Positions 37,377 through 53,396 of a stretch of 64,000 nt of DNA are shown here, piece after piece. Location: positions 89,094,001-89,158,000 of the forward strand of contig OZ024741.1 in assembly GCA_964016885.1 (NCBI GenBank), written 5' to 3'. Source of the DNA: Eledone cirrhosa (Eukaryota). A program made the translations under genes and the position numbers. Positions within the stretch are counted from its first letter, which is position 1; every line of letters begins with the position of its first letter. Under the pieces are notes generated by a model that saw only the letters and a list, made by a program, of their open reading frames with translations, made no database searches and was not told where the DNA came from.

Positions 37377-38722
37377 ACTACAGCCGTCACTTGCAATCGT
37401 GTATGACTTGATAGTATTGGTAGTGTCTACCATGCTTCCACAAACACCCTCTCGACACTCCCTCCTTTGATGTATCTGAACAATCTGAACAGCTGTAAGG
37501 ATAAAGGCCTCTGCCAGTACTGGGCTGGTACTTTATTTTATCGATCCCGAAAGGAAGAAAGGTAAAGTGAACCTCGGTGGGATTTAAACTCAGAAAGCAG
37601 AAGCCCGGAACAAATACGCAACGCTCTAATGATTCGGCCAAATTAACCGCCTTAAAAAATTAGCGATAAGTATATGAAAATACAAATATTTCTGTTGTAG
37701 CTTTTCTTTGCGTATTTTGTTCATAAAGTATAAACAGATGTAACGCATCGAAATATATGACGATTTAATATATTTTTATTTAGATTGATTGAAAATGCAG
37801 CAGGACGAGCTGCCACCGAAGTTTGTCTAACAAGGACGAGCTGCTACTGAGTTTTGTCTGAAGGGCCTTTGTCTAGCGAGGACGAGCAGCCACCAGTGTC
37901 TGTCTCGTTACGGTGAATCAATCTTGCAACCCAGGCACTATTCTCAATTAGAAATACTTCATATGACTTGCGTCGTTAATATCTCTGACAGATCATGAAC
38001 ACTACTCTTCTTTCTTTTCCCTCCTTCCTCTCTAAAATCAATTACTTAAATTATATATTAGTCAGCTTATCGTATCTTAAAGCTTATCATTATGCAACAA
38101 AGAGAAACGTACGTAACTCCGTTGCATTCACAAAACACACACGCAGACACAGACACAGACACACACACAAAACACACACAGACACAGACACACACATATA
38201 TACCCCCACCCCACACACACAGATGAGATGTTACTTGTTAAGACATGTTATATGGTTAAGCGTTTACCGTTTCGATAGCAAACAGTAAAAATTTAACCGC
38301 AGGGCAAAGAATCTTTATAATAATAATAATAATAATTGTTTCTACTTTTGGCACAAGGCCAGCAATTATCCCAGTGCATTACTGGTACTTTATTTTATCA
38401 ACCCCGTAAGGATGAAAGGCAAAGTTAACCTCGGCGAGATTTGAACTCTGAACATAGGGGTAATTAACCTGGTTTTGAACTCAGAATGGAAAGGGCCGTA
38501 ACTCCTTGCTGCAAAGCATGGCGTCTGACCTTCTACCGATACTGCCAATAATGATTTCTAGCATAGGCACAAGGCCATCAATTTTGGGGGAGGGGGAAGT
38601 AGATTAAATCGACCCCAGTGCGTGACTGGTACTTTATTTTATCGACCTCGTAAGGATGAAAGGCAAAGTTAACCTCGGCGGGATTAAATCATTTACATAT
38701 ATACCTCTATAGATAGATAGAT

Positions 38723-38813
<91 letters not shown>

Positions 38814-40199
38814 GGAAGAAGAACATACAAGAAAAATAATAACGAGAGAAATGATAAAGAAATACAAGAGAGAAGAAAAAAGAAAGAAAGAAAAAAAGAA
38901 AGAAGAAAGGAAGAAAGAAAGAAGGAAAAAAGCCAGAACTGTGCCACAGCGAGAATCAACTGTAATTAGCCTCGTCTAAGATGTGTAATTATAGTAACTT
39001 AATACAGAAAGCATCTATGTTTGATGTGGAATGCAGCAGACCATACAAAACCCAAACAGTCCTGATTCGGGTACACACACGCAATTGCTCGCACATACAC
39101 ATGTACGCACACATGCGTACAACACACATCCATATTCATTTAAGAATGTCACTCTTTTTGGTACACTTCCCCGTACACGTGCATGCACACACATACAAGA
39201 CAAGCACACACTCACACATTCATATACACATACACTCACATGCACTCATACACACACACACACACAAACATTTTCTAGTTTCTCGATTCTCGATGTCGCT
39301 AAAGAAATGCAATCTTGCTCCTTGTAAAGCAGTCATGAAATACGTGTGTCAAATATTTTGGAATTTGAAGTGTCTGTATGTGTACGTGTCTGTGTAGGTG
39401 TGTGTATTTGTGCAGGTGTGTGTGTCTGTGTATGTCTGTGTGTATATATGTATGTGTCTGTATGTGTGCGTGTGTGTGTGTGTCACTGAGTCTGTGTGAA
39501 TCTGTGTGCGCGTGTATATGTGTGTGTGTCAGTGTATGTATGTTGTGTGTGCGTGCGCATGTGTCTGTGTGTGTCAGTGTGCATGTCAGTGTATGTGTGT
39601 GTATATACATGTGTGTGTGTGTGTGTCAGTGTATATGTGTGTGTGTACGTTCGCGTATGAAAGGACTTGACTTGGGAGTTAGAATGTTCGGCTCTCGTGA
39701 GTTTGATTTCCAGCGGTGCGTTGTGTCTTTGAGTAAGACACTTTACTTCACGTTGTTCCAATCTACTTAACCGGCAAATATGAACTATAATTTTAAGTTT
39801 AAAGGACAAGCTTTGTCACGCTGAATCTCCCTGAGAATTGTGTAAGAAGGCTTTACGTTTGTGGATTGCTCAGCTACGTGCATGTTAAATTCACGAGCAG
39901 GCTGTTTTCTGGATCAAACAAGTGGAGCTCCTACACAGGCGCGTGATTGTTGCTTTTTCGGTATGTCTTCTTATTATCAGTGTATGCGGCAAATCTCTCC
40001 ATATGTTTGTTAGTGTGTTTATATGCATGCATGGCTATATATACACGTGTATGTGTATGTGTCGCGGTATTTGTGCCTTCGTGTTTCGTAGAAAGGGGAG
40101 GTGAGCAACACGTAATCATATAAATAAATATATATATATATATACATATATGAATTATTGTGTCTGTCTGCCGAATTCTGACTTGGCATATGTTCATTC

Positions 40200-40201
40200 T
40201 G

Positions 40202-40233
<32 letters not shown>

Positions 40234-40497
40234 TGTATGTATGTATGTATGTATGTATGTATGTATGTATGTATGTATGTATGTATGTATGTATGTATGC
40301 ATGCATGCATGTATGTATGTATGTATGTATGTATGTATGTATGTATGTATGTATGTATGTATGTGTGTGTATGTATGTATGTATGTGTGTGTATGTATGT
40401 ATGTATGTATGTATGTATGTATGTATGTATGTATGTATGTATGTATGTATGTATGCATGCATGCATGTATGTATGTATGTATGCATGTATGTATGTG
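40200..40497. repeat. Long (TATG)n microsatellite
   Basis: About 300 bp of TATG units. Confidence 0.97.
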
Positions 40498-40866
40498 TGA
40501 GTGTACGCGTGAATGTGTGAGTGTGCGAATGTGTTCGTACGTACGCGTTTGATGTTTACATTAATATTATCTATTCTTCTCTACGTATAAGTATCAGTTC
40601 TCTCTATATATAAGTACATGTGTCTCTGCCGCCTGTCTATCTATTTCTCACTGACAGCCTCTCTCTCTCTCTCTCTCAATAAATCTGTCTTTCTGTCCAT
40701 AAATTTCTTTGTCTTGTTTTCTGTTTGTCTATTACTTTGCTTCTTAGTCTATTACTCTGCCTATCACTTTGCTTCTGTATCTACCGATATATCCCCAATA
40801 TAGCATCAATTCTTTCCTAACAGTAAATTGTGATGAACAGTTATTAACATTATTGTAGCCCAATTA

Positions 40867-41061
40867 CAGACCTGTCAACTCACCCCGTCCGACGGGGAGA
40901 TCTCCCACCCACTTTGGGATGGCTGAGAGGCGTCTACTCTTGTGAACATGGGCATAGCTTTCATTATGTAAAATTTCCCCATTTTGCCTCATTTCTCCCC
41001 GTTTTGGGGCACTTTTTTTCATGGTACTCCTCGTTTAGGTTTTTAGAGGTTGACAGGTCTG
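40867..41061. mobile_element. MITE with 6-bp TSD (hAT6-like)
   Basis: TIR CAGACCTGTCAAC / GTTGACAGGTCTG; TSD CAATTA. Confidence 0.85.
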
Positions 41062-41369
41062 CAATTACGTAAATTATCAAAAGAAGAAATAAAACAAGCA
41101 AAAAAAATGGCGGGTGTAGATATGCGACAACAGGAGGTATTGGAATTTCCCTATAATAATTGTTTCTACTTTTGGCACAAGGCCAGCAGTTACCCAGTAC
41201 ATTACTGGTACTTTATTTTATCGACCCCGTAAGGATGAAAGGCAAAGTTGACCTCGGCGGGATTTGAACTCAGAATGGAAAGGGCCGTAACTCTATGCGT
41301 CAAAGCATGATGTCCGACCCTCTACCGATACTGCCAATCCACCGCCTATAATAATGTTTGATGATAGCG

Positions 41370-41665
41370 AAGCTACGGTCCTGGAATAACCAAGCGCTGC
41401 CAATAATGACAAAAACCTCGTTGTCAGCGGCTTAGCTCCACCAAAAGTCAAGAACTTGACAGGCTTAAAAAGAATAGTTTGCCAATACCTTCTGGTATTT
41501 TAAACTTTATTCCGCTCGGCTATGGGTGCAGTGATCCCCACCTTCACCGTAGCATCCAAGATAGTGGGAAAGAGCAAAAGTGTAAGACCATATAGCTTTT
41601 TCCTATCAACCATGGACAATTCGGTTGGCTCAAGAACTGAGGGGATGTTGATTCGAACCAGGACC
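41370..41665 (-). mobile_element. Decayed CRE-like RLE fragment (relative of 20030-20780)
   Basis: Minus strand RINIPSVLEP..YGLT..VGITAPIAERNK..FKPVKFLTFGG. Confidence 0.6.
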
Positions 41666-42068
41666 TGCTTTCATTCTTGTTATCCTTGTAAACAAACATC
41701 AGGTTAATACCCTAAAGCTATATATTCTATCAAGGTACATCATAATCTCGTCAACACCATTGTCTCCTCATTCTATTCTAGTTTCAACATCGATTTTTTT
41801 TCTCTCTTCTAAAATGAAACACTGAATCGACAGGAGCAGCTATTTGAAAAATAAAAAAAGGGACACAGTCTCTATATAACTTGATGAATTTACCAATAGC
41901 TTGCTGTGTGACTGCGTTTCCGATTACACTACACAGCGCCTATCATTCCCCTTTTTTCACATTAGTAAACTATTTAAGCAAAAATGCAAGCGCACGCACG
42001 CACGCACACACACAGACACGCACAGACACACACACAGACACACACACAGACACACACACACGCACGCA

Positions 42069-42115
<47 letters not shown>

Positions 42116-43755
42116 CAAGCTTCTCTATCTACTACAGATAGCAGCCAAATCTCATTCAAATCAGTGATTGTTTTAACGTGCAGTTGACCCATGCTGGTGC
42201 AGTTTAAAATCTAATTCTGAACATTAAGTATACATTTTTTATGTCAAGTACTAGATGTGCTTACATAGTAAATTATGGTTAAAAGATTTAAAGCACTTAC
42301 AAAATGTTAAAAATAGTCATTACAAATACTTCTCAGATTCGGAGAATATCAAACACTGGGTCATGGCATTTGCCTCAAAGATTTGTGCAATTCGAAAATT
42401 TCCTTAAAATAAACCATATCCTCAAATCACACCCTATCTTCTTCAAAAAGAAAGAACACATTTGATAATGTAGTTCGAGATAAGGTATGTTAATATATAT
42501 ATATATATATATAAAGAATCGACGTCAGTATGGACTGGTACTTTTTTCTTTGTCGATCTTGAAAGGATGAAAGGCGAAGTTGACGTAGGCACGAATTGAA
42601 CTCAAAGCGCAGAGAGTCTAAGCGAAAACAGCAAAGCATTCTATTCAACGTTCTAACGACTCTTCTTCTTCTTCTTCTTCTTCTTAAAAATATTTTATGT
42701 TGGTTGTTGGAAGTTTTATTTTGCATTTTATATATTCTTCTATCGATCCTATCTACTTTTTTTTCAATTATTACCTGTTAATATTAGCTGCCAATAACTA
42801 AACTGAATTATTTCATAGTGATTGATTTTCAGGTGTGTTACTGCCTCAACTTGACACAGTGAAGGTGCGAGGGTTTGTTGTTAGGACGTTTGGTTCACGA
42901 TCATAAAGTAGAAAGTTCCATATCCGGCGGCGTGTTGTGTCCTCGAGCAAGTCACTTTAATTCACGTTGCTCCAGTTCACTCAGCTGCCAAAGATGAGTT
43001 GTACCTGTAATTCAAAGGGTCAGCATTATCATGCACTGTGTCACACTGAACCTCCAGAGAATTACGTTAAGAGTGCGCGTGTCTGTGGAATGCTCAGCCG
43101 CACCCACGTCAATTTCATCAACCGACTTCTGTTGTTGGAATAAGTGGGATATTCATCGCCAGTACCGATTGAGGTTCAGCATTTAACACAATCATTTGCT
43201 AAGGAACCTTACTCTTATAAAAACAATATACGTTGCGGAATATACCCAATACTATGTTGATTTTGATTGCATCTATCTTAGTTAAAGCATGTTGTTTAGT
43301 CCCAGGTCAAGCTTGATAGATCATATCTTTGGCCAGGCCCAAGCAAAGCCGACAATAAGCTCAGGACAAATATATAATCTAACCCAGATTCCCACCACAC
43401 CACTCAGAAAAATCTATAACATATTGTTTTATTCTTATACTGGTTTTAATTAATTAGACTGCGACCTTGCTGGGCTATCGCGTTGATGCGATTCAGTCTA
43501 TCATATCGACCCTAGTACTAATTTTTTAATCCTTGTTTTACTGAGCTCTTTTTGCCGAACTGCTGTGTAACGGGACATAAACACAGGCAAATGCACACAC
43601 TCGCACACACACAAATAAAATTTTATGAAAGGGTTATGCTCAGCTCAAGTGATATTGATGAGTTAGAGTTGTCACTGATATATTATATATATGCATGAAG
43701 GTCGTCTGCTCCATACAAACTTGACCACTATATATATATATATATATGTGTGTGT

Positions 43756-43874
<119 letters not shown>

Positions 43875-45812
43875 AACCAACGGATGTCTGTAGTTTCCAT
43901 CTATCAAATTATACTTATAAGGCATTGGTGAATCTGAGTTTATGATAGAAGACACTTGCCGTACGTACATCAATCTCCAGAGCTTTACACTGCTGAATAT
44001 ATAAACATAGTCAAAGATTCATACATATCCACATACAAACACACAAATTAAATTTGGGCCTCACCAGTCTGACGGAACATGAAAAGTACCCTTACCCCAA
44101 TCATATTTGCTTTCTGACTTTTCAGGACTGTGTAAGAAATCAGTTGAGAGCTATTGTTGCTATGTTGTCTCATTAGGACTGGCGACAGTTTTCACCTGAC
44201 CGAATTGTCGCCACCGATAACAGGATGTCGTTGATATATTTAAAATGACGCCGAATATTGACGTCACCAAGTGAATTGAAACAGTTGAGACTCGATAACG
44301 GCCGGCATTAGCCTAGAAAGAAATGATCCAATATGTGAATACAGAAATGAATATCGAGGTGTGCATATGATTATGTGTATATGTGATTATGCATGCATGT
44401 ATATATATATGTTAGTTAGGGTGTGTATTTTCTGTAAAGACAGGCTACATTTTGCTGTAAAGACAACTACACAAGGAAGCTTTAAAATGAAATGAAATGG
44501 GTTCCGAGAATTTGTGACACCTCTTCAGATAACGTTGATAGGAAGGGGAGGGGTCATTTGAAGAGGTGTGAGTTCAAGTTCAAGTGAGATGTCAAGTGGT
44601 TGTTAATAAATTGGGACGTAGGCATAGCTATGTAGTTAAGATGTTCACTTAGTAATTATGTGATTTCTTGTTTGATCCCAGAATGCAGTATCTTGGGTAA
44701 ATGCCTTCTACCTTGGGTAGTAGACCAAAACCTATGGGAGTGGAATTTAGTAAGCTGGCAGAAACTATATGGAATCCCGCCGGAAGGCACGTTCCTTGTG
44801 TGGTTGACTTAACGTGGCGCCCGGTTTAATAACACCATCTGGACTTAGGGTACCTTTATCGGAGTCCAATACATTGCAAACATTCGGGCCAGACCTTCAG
44901 TCTGAGGATAAAGTCTTTCCTTCTCCCTACCTCCCACAAGCTTGGAGACCCTGAAAAGGGACACGGGGCTGTCACTCCTCTGATTGAACCATTTAAAAAA
45001 TAAATATCGTTGTTTAAACTAGAATATTTCATTCAACTTATACCTGTATTTGTATGAATTAGAATTCAAAATAATCAAAGTTGTTTAAAAACAAATTTTA
45101 GAAATATATTGTAATTTCACTGCTACACTTTACAGATTAGAATATTTACAGTTAGCCGTGTTAAGTTATTCATATACTGGTTGAAGGAGTGAGAAAGACA
45201 TATTCCATCTGGAAATAGTCAAAATAAGGCACAAACATTTTACGATCCTGTCTACCTAGCTGAAAATAGTTTCCGTGGAATGTATTATTGTTTTGCGTCA
45301 TGTAAGCCCTCACCATGCCTAGAATCAAAGTTGCACCAGCTGAGAATATCCCATCTCTTCACCCATCCGGATATAGTACGGGGACTATGTTGTAAGAGAG
45401 TGAGTTACGATTTGAAGGAGATTTTGTTGTTATTTCTAGCAGGCTGTACGAGTTCGTTGGTTGGTACAGCTGGTGATTGGAAAATTTTCCTCCAGAAAAT
45501 TCAAGCTCGAACATGAAATTTTCACCCTCGATAATTTAACCCCATAAAAATTCCTTCCCACGAAAATTATTTCACCCAACAAAAACTAAATGACTGTCTG
45601 TCTGTATGTATGTATGTATGTACGTATGAACCCGTAACTCCTAATGGAGTCGTGTGGCACCGTAATGACATATAGCGTGTCTTGGGCATTTTTAAAACAT
45701 GGCGGAGTATATATATATATATATAGATATAGATATATATGGTATGCGTATGGTCTTCTAAATGTTTTTAATTAAACATACGGTATATTGCCAAATATAC
45801 TATACATATATA

Positions 45813-45919
<107 letters not shown>

Positions 45920-46810
45920 GATCCCAGTAACCAATTGGTACTTTTTTATCCTCCAAAGGATGAAAAACAAAGCTGATTTCGGTGGGATTTGAACTCAGAG
46001 AGCCGGAACGAACACCTCAAAGCATTCTATCCGACATTCTAACGACTCTGATAATACACTGCATTCTCTTTGTAAGACCAAACTCAAATTTCACCTACAG
46101 GAACCTGGAGAAGGGTAGGGAAAGATAACCCAAGTGAATTTTTTGTAGAAGAAAGATATCTTGTTGTTTGATGTTAACTGGGCCAATTATCATTGAAAGA
46201 TAACTGTGATTAAGGAAACTCAAGCAGTTGACTTTATTTGTTATATGATAAATCAAATAGTAAAAAAAGAAATAATAATAAGCTAGTTGTGAGAAAACTG
46301 GAATTTGAATACATACTTCGATGAAGTATCAGTAAACATTTAAAACAATATATATTGTTGATCTTGTTGTTGGATCTCTGTCGGCTCTTTGAATTACAGA
46401 TACAACATATCAGCTGAGTGAACTGAATCAACATGAAATAAGGTGTCATACACAAGAATACAATGCGCTCAGGGGAATCGAACTCACAACCTATAACCAC
46501 TAAGGCACTGCCTTCACTAAATTACACACACACACATATATATATGTGTTGATTGCTTCATTTTGCAGATGATTGCTGTCTCCCTGTGCATCTCCATCCA
46601 CCGTGACCAACTACAAACGTCCGTTCATGATCTCTTAGGTGGCTTTTAAGTCCAGTTGCAGATTTTGCACGGTCTGTAGCAAATGTAACAGACAAAATAT
46701 GTGGCCTCTAATGGGTTGATTGGGTCAGTTTGTGGGATGTCATCTTTATGTACCCTCATATGCCTTTTAATATATATATATATATAACACTACTGCCATC
46801 ATTATTAACA

Positions 46811-46847
<37 letters not shown>

Positions 46848-46851
46848 GTGA

Positions 46852-47423
<572 letters not shown>

Positions 47424-49445
47424 CACGCGGCGCGCACACACACACACACACACAGATATAAATAATTTGCCAAACCGTTGCAGAGAAAAATCTCAGGTTT
47501 CGATGTTATGAAACTGTAACGAGATTTGCATTCTCAATTGAAGCTACTTGAGGAAGATATGGATATAATAACATCAATACTTGAGGAAGATATGGATATA
47601 ATAACATCTAATTCTCCTCTCTATGTCAAATAAGGAAGCCGTTATGTGCAACACTGTAGGAAAGTGTTGGCCATCATAGCTTCGAGTTTCCCCAAGCTCT
47701 GTGAATGAAATCGGAGTGACGGTAACTGTACAGAAGTCTGTGGAATGGATTTTACTTTCTATTGAAGGTTTAATGCCACCATCTGACACATAGACGACTT
47801 TAATGGAGTTCACTGTATTGCCACCATCTTGATCCGGACTAGAATCTGGCTCAAACTATTGGTGCGCTGCTATCTTCTGTAGCAACGCAGGAGTCATGGT
47901 TAATTCACTTTTTCCTTCATCAATCTTGGAGACCCTGCACATAGACTACATAAACTGTCCTTTCTCTCCCGACTGTATATATGAACCAGTAACTCCTGCT
48001 GCAGTCGTAGGGGCGCCGTAGTGACAAACGGTGTTTCTTGAGCATTTTAAAACTAACAGAGCCCATAGTCTCTCCGGGTCTGAACACATAGAGGGAAAGA
48101 GTGTGATATAGAAGAAGTGAGGAAGAGATATAGGGAAAGAGTTGACCCTTGTACTGGACATGTACTTTATTTATCGACTGCTAAAAATGAATCTGTCAAT
48201 TCGTTATCTTTTCCTTCATTATGACAAAACCAAAAAATATGGTGTTTTTTTTTCAAATCAAAGAAGTTAAAATAGATGAATTGTGAAGAGAATCAATGTA
48301 CAATGCTGCCAGTAGTGAGTGTAATACCATCGAATCTAAAAACATAGTCTTCGGTGACATGTCACGATTAATGCTTCTAAGTACTAAACAATTACATGTA
48401 ATGCTAAAAGTAGCAGCTATATTTTTATCTCGCCTATTACTTTAAAGCGGGAAGGATGCATTGGATAGTGTAGTCCTTGATACGTTGTCTAAATAAAAGT
48501 CGAGATAGGTAGGCTGGGGGCGCTTTTAATCATTTGACTAAGTAAACCAGACATGTCTTGCAGCTGAACAATGACGAAGTTTCGGTGGTCACGTGACATG
48601 CTAAAAATAGACGACAGATATTATTCAACTCATCTTGTGGTGATGGTAAGCGCCCAGATGTTGTCATTTCGGCCTCAAGCCCAGGCACTGTTGTCCGTAA
48701 CATGTAGAGGACGAAGATAGCCATATACCGAACTTGACCGACTGCTTCCGTTTCGTGCTGGTCGCCGTTGAGACTCAGGTGCCTTCCATCCTCGGACTGC
48801 CGTTTTCCTCCAATAAATCGTGAAGAGTGAATCCCACCTGAGTATGGAAACTCGTGAGGTAGTCACCAATGCAGCAGGTGTCGTTGATTATTCTCCACGG
48901 CAATGCTTTCACAATGTCACAATCTGTGGAGCACAGATGAGATATACTACCTAAACTGGAGTGTAGAGTCTGCCGCCCCTTCTCCCTTTCCCTTATTTTT
49001 GCTATTTAATGTTTTCTTTCTCTTTCGCTTTTTATAAATATGCAAACGCCGATAAATTGTAAATATAATTCATTACTAACTTTAAAAAAAAAGGAAACGG
49101 CACATTTGGATAATGTAATCCTAGATACACTATATTTGAATAAAATCAAGATGGTCATGCCTGGAACTTTTTTGATCGAATGTCTGTTGGATCAGGATTG
49201 TTCAGCGGCTAAACCAACAACTCACCAAAAACAATTGTTTATGATTAATTGTTTCTACTTTTGGCACAAGGCCACAATTACCCAATGCATTACTGGTACT
49301 TTATTTCATCGACCCCATGATTAATGATTAATCAACAGTTTGGCTAACGGCAATTTATTTCTGTAAAATTGTGTAGAAGTACAACGGTACAAAGTAAAAT
49401 AGAAATGGAACCAATTTTATCAACTTTTTAGATAAGGGTTGAAAA

Positions 49446-49676
49446 TTAACCCTTTAGCATTTAAACCGGCTGTATCCGGCCAAAATTCTTTCACCTGTTT
49501 CTGTTCAAACCAACCACAACCGGCCACGTATAGCAATATTAAGGTATTGTTCTCAAAATAAATAATCTCAAATTCTCATAGATTAGATATTATGTGAGAT
49601 AATTATGTGAGGTAAAGCCTTTACTACAAAAATAAAATAGTAAATATAGAGTAATGCAAATGCATTAATGGGTTAA
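49446..49676. mobile_element. piggyBac-type MITE (second copy)
   Basis: TTAA-CCCTTTAGCATTTAAACCGG...AATGGG-TTAA. Confidence 0.85.
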
Positions 49677-50157
49677 GATAAGATTTTTATTTTTAATGAT
49701 TATATAATTAATTTATATAATTAATTTGTGTAATCGTTTTTATTAATTTATTTAAGACCCCAAAGTTGTTATCTATACTCTAAACACTTTCATTAACTAG
49801 CTGAGAAAAGTCTACTTATTACTACAATCATCACATCTAGCAACCGATGTTTTTTTTTTGTGTGGCTTAGTCAAGTGAAGCTGGCAGGGAATTGGCAAAA
49901 CCGCTAGAACGTTGGATAGAATGATTTGCGGTATTCGTTCCGGCTCTCTGCACTCCACGTTTAAATCCCACAGAGGTTAACTTTGCCTTTCATCTTTTCG
50001 AGGCCGGTAATTACTAGGCCAGTTCCTTTGGAATAAATCGGCTGTATTCAGACGTGGAGAAAGATGGGCCCCGCTAGTTTTAAAATGCCCAAGATGGGTT
50101 GTTTCTCAGGACGGTGCCTCTATGATCCATTAGGAGTTAAGGGTCCTTCAGGTTTTC

Positions 50158-50670
50158 CAGTGCCGGATTTACCGTGATATAAGCAAATGCTATACATATT
50201 TAAAAAAATAGTAAATTAGTATTAAAAATGTGCATTCTTATCCTTGTTGCCCTAGTTTAGAAACTATGGTATGAATACCAGCTGTTTTACAACGCTCGAT
50301 TTAGGGTAACTCTTTAAATGTTATTTTATTAATCCAGTTTTTGTAAGTATATTTCGAAATTTCACGTTACATTTGATCAAATCTCCTAGTTTTATAAACA
50401 TATTAGAAAAATTGACCGTTTTACAATAGATTTCAGTGCACCAAACTAGTTTAAAATAAATAATTTGTTTATATTGTTGGCTGATATTTAGTATGAAATA
50501 AAATTAAAACAAAAGTTATATTTAATATAGTTGTGAAGTCTTGTCTAGGGAATACCGTGGGAGAAAACTGAATTTTTAATGTATCGTTTCAGATTTAGTA
50601 CGTATGGTTTAATGTCGAGCGGGCACTGTGTGCTGTGCCTAGAATATCAGTAGGCCGTAATCTGGCCCGG
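50158..50670. mobile_element. Possible hAT-type non-autonomous element
   Basis: CAGTGCCGGATTTAC...GTAATCTGGCCCGG imperfect TIRs like those at 37224. Confidence 0.45.
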
Positions 50671-51458
50671 ATGGTACGGCATGATTTAAGGGAAATTTAG
50701 TTGTTATTTTTAGTCATTGACGGTGGATTGGCAACATTGGTAGACAGTTGGATAAAATGCCAGTGCAGTATTTGTTCTGGCTCTTTATATTCTGAGTTCA
50801 AATTTCACTGAGGTCAACTTTGAATTTATAAAGTACAAGTAAAGTACTGGGATCAAAATTATCAGTTTCCCCTCCCCCAAATTCACAGCCTTGTGCCTAA
50901 ATTAGAAATCAATATTTCCAGTCACCCCAGTGATCGCATAGAAGTTCCTTTGTTGGTTCATTTACAACTACACTAAATACTAATTTATTAATAACTACAA
51001 TATCAATAGAACATGTGTTATGAATAAATATGTACACGCAGTTTTATACACATGTTTGATAAATATATCATTTGTATCACTATGAAATTAGGCCCTACTT
51101 AAAATACTGCGATTTCGGCAGCTGGGAATGAAGATCGAACTGACTAGTTTCCTTTTTTTTTTTTTTGAAGACTCATAAGGGATCGCTTTTTAAAATTTAT
51201 TTGGGGTTTGTTCTGGCGGAAGAAGCTGTGACCACGACTTTCAAGCATCTGCTTGTCCTTGCTTTCTAAACTTCCGAAATAGAGAGGCATAAAATTAATA
51301 ATTAACCATGAAAACAAAATTGTGAATAGCACAATTCATTAAAGATGTGTATGACACATCTCTTCAGAACAAGAATTTGCAAGTATTAGGTAATAAAATT
51401 TCTCATTATTAAGATGATGCTTGGTGCATGACTTAACAAAGATTCTTATATAAAATTA

Positions 51459-52419
51459 CTAGCAGTGGTATCCGGCGTTGCACGGGATAAGGTATTTTGG
51501 AACGCGGGCCGCCAACAGACCTAATCATGGAAAAACTGCATGCCTGGACAATATGTAAAGAAAATAAACCGAATACCCTGATGGCTGGATAATCTTTAAC
51601 ATTTTCCTCGATGAAGCAGGAAAAATGCAGGTTTTCACCTAATGCGGGCCCTAGGGGATCAAGAAAATGAATTTTTTTTTTATGTGCATAATATACCTTT
51701 AAATTTCTGGAAAATCGACTAGACGTAACGCCTCTAAAAAGCCCCAAGAAGCTGAAAAGATGAAGTTTTTCACCTAATGTGGGCCCTAGGCCATAAGAAA
51801 GTTGGATTTTCTTTGCTTACGGTATGAAGAAGAGACTGACTAATACATAGTTACAATTTCAAGGACATCGGTCTGACGTAACGCCTAAAAAAAAAAACCT
51901 AAAAATTAAAAAAAAACCCAGTTTTTCACCTAATGCGGGCCTTAGGAGATAAAAAAAAGTTGAATTTTTTAATGTGCTGAAACATAAGTAATACACATGT
52001 AAAGTTTTATGTCCCTGAAACATAAGTAATACACATGTAAAGTTTTATGTCCCTGAAACATAAGTAATACACATGTAAAGTTTTATGTCCCTGAAACATA
52101 AGTAATACACATGTAAAGTTTTATGTCCCTGAAACATAAGTAATACACATGTAAAGTTTTATGTCCCTGAAACATAAGTAATACACATGTAAAGTTTGAA
52201 AAAAATCAGTTGGGTACTTCTCGAGTTTTAGGGATTCAAACTCACAAACTCACAGACACACACAGACAGACATCCTCAGGGAAGTGACGTAATGCAGACA
52301 GCCAGACATACCGACAGATATTATAAGGGCGCGGCGTTATATGTATGTATCTATCTAAAAAGAGAAAGACTAAGAATTATAGAGCGAGATCGCTAAATCT
52401 CAGTTTTATATATATAGAT
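51459..52419 (-). mobile_element. Non-autonomous Helitron with internal repeats
   Basis: Minus strand A|TCTATATATATAAAA ... CCCGTGCAACGCCGG hairpin ... CTAG|T; subrepeats TTTTCACCTAATGYGGGCC at about 51633, 51767 and 51923. Confidence 0.8.
51977..52197. repeat. Perfect 38-bp tandem repeat, about 5.8 copies
   Basis: CTGAAACATAAGTAATACACATGTAAAGTTTTATGTCC at 51977, 52015, 52053, 52091, 52129 and 52167. Confidence 0.97.
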
Positions 52420-52893
52420 GATGGAAAGTATATAGATAGATATCAATATTTTAAAACAGTTTTGTATCATAGAACCAAAGGTCTTTGCAAGGGGTTTAGG
52501 TAACAAAAGAGCTCACTAAGGGACAAATTATCACAGTGAGAAAGAATATATGCTTATAAAACATATTCTTTTATTGTTTTACCCGCTTCGGTCATTAGAC
52601 CGCAGCCATGCAGGACCATCGCGTTGGATGAATATAACTGTATCTAGATTTATTCCTAGCCACACTGTACTATAGGTATTAACATTTAACAACATGATTT
52701 AATAGAAAATATGTAACAATTGATTTGTTAATTCAAATGTTTATAGTATGTTTCTTTATAGATGTTTATATTATCATTATGAAAATGTACAATAAAGACT
52801 TTAATTGTGTATGTGATGTAGTCATAGTCCTGTTTTGTACTTCTCTAGAATGTCTTGTTGCTGCTGCCGCCACCACCACCACCGCCGCCGCCA

Positions 52894-52928
<35 letters not shown>

Positions 52929-53396
52929 ACTACTACTACGACGACGACGGCGACGGCGGCGGCGACGACGACGACGACTGGTACAGCCGTTGCTTCTTCA
53001 TTTGTCTTTGTGTTGACTCAATAAAAAAACAAAACTAGCGCATTTATTGATCAATGCTTGGGTTAACAGTATTAATAACTCATATGAACAGTCAGTCACC
53101 TGAAAGGAGTTTGACATAATCGCTTTAAATAACTGATTCCTGGGAAATTCTACGGTTTATAGTTAGAAAAATCTACCAAATATTAAATATCAATATGGCA
53201 TTTTAAGTATTTTATTTATAAGTTACATACACACATACATACACACATATATAGATATGTATGGAATAGTAACAGCCTGCAACTTAACGACTGAAGTCAG
53301 AATAGTGGGGGTGGAGTGGGGCACAAGCAGTGAAAGATACAAACCTACACATACACATAAAATACACATAGAGATGATAAACATAAAGACAAACAC

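Noticed and set aside
39931-40552. Long HTYI/MYVC ORFs, and the many YIYI, HTHT and CVCV ORFs across the window
   Set aside because: Translations of microsatellites
44165-44292. Hammerhead-like GTCTC...GAAACAGTTGAGAC or a minus-strand exon
   Set aside because: No CTGANGA core; the open frame is short and unrecognisable
51977-52197. CRISPR-like regular repeat
   Set aside because: Head-to-tail units with no spacers, inside a eukaryotic Helitron
52855-52980. Poly-Ala/Thr ORF of mixed trinucleotide blocks
   Set aside because: Compound microsatellite without coding context
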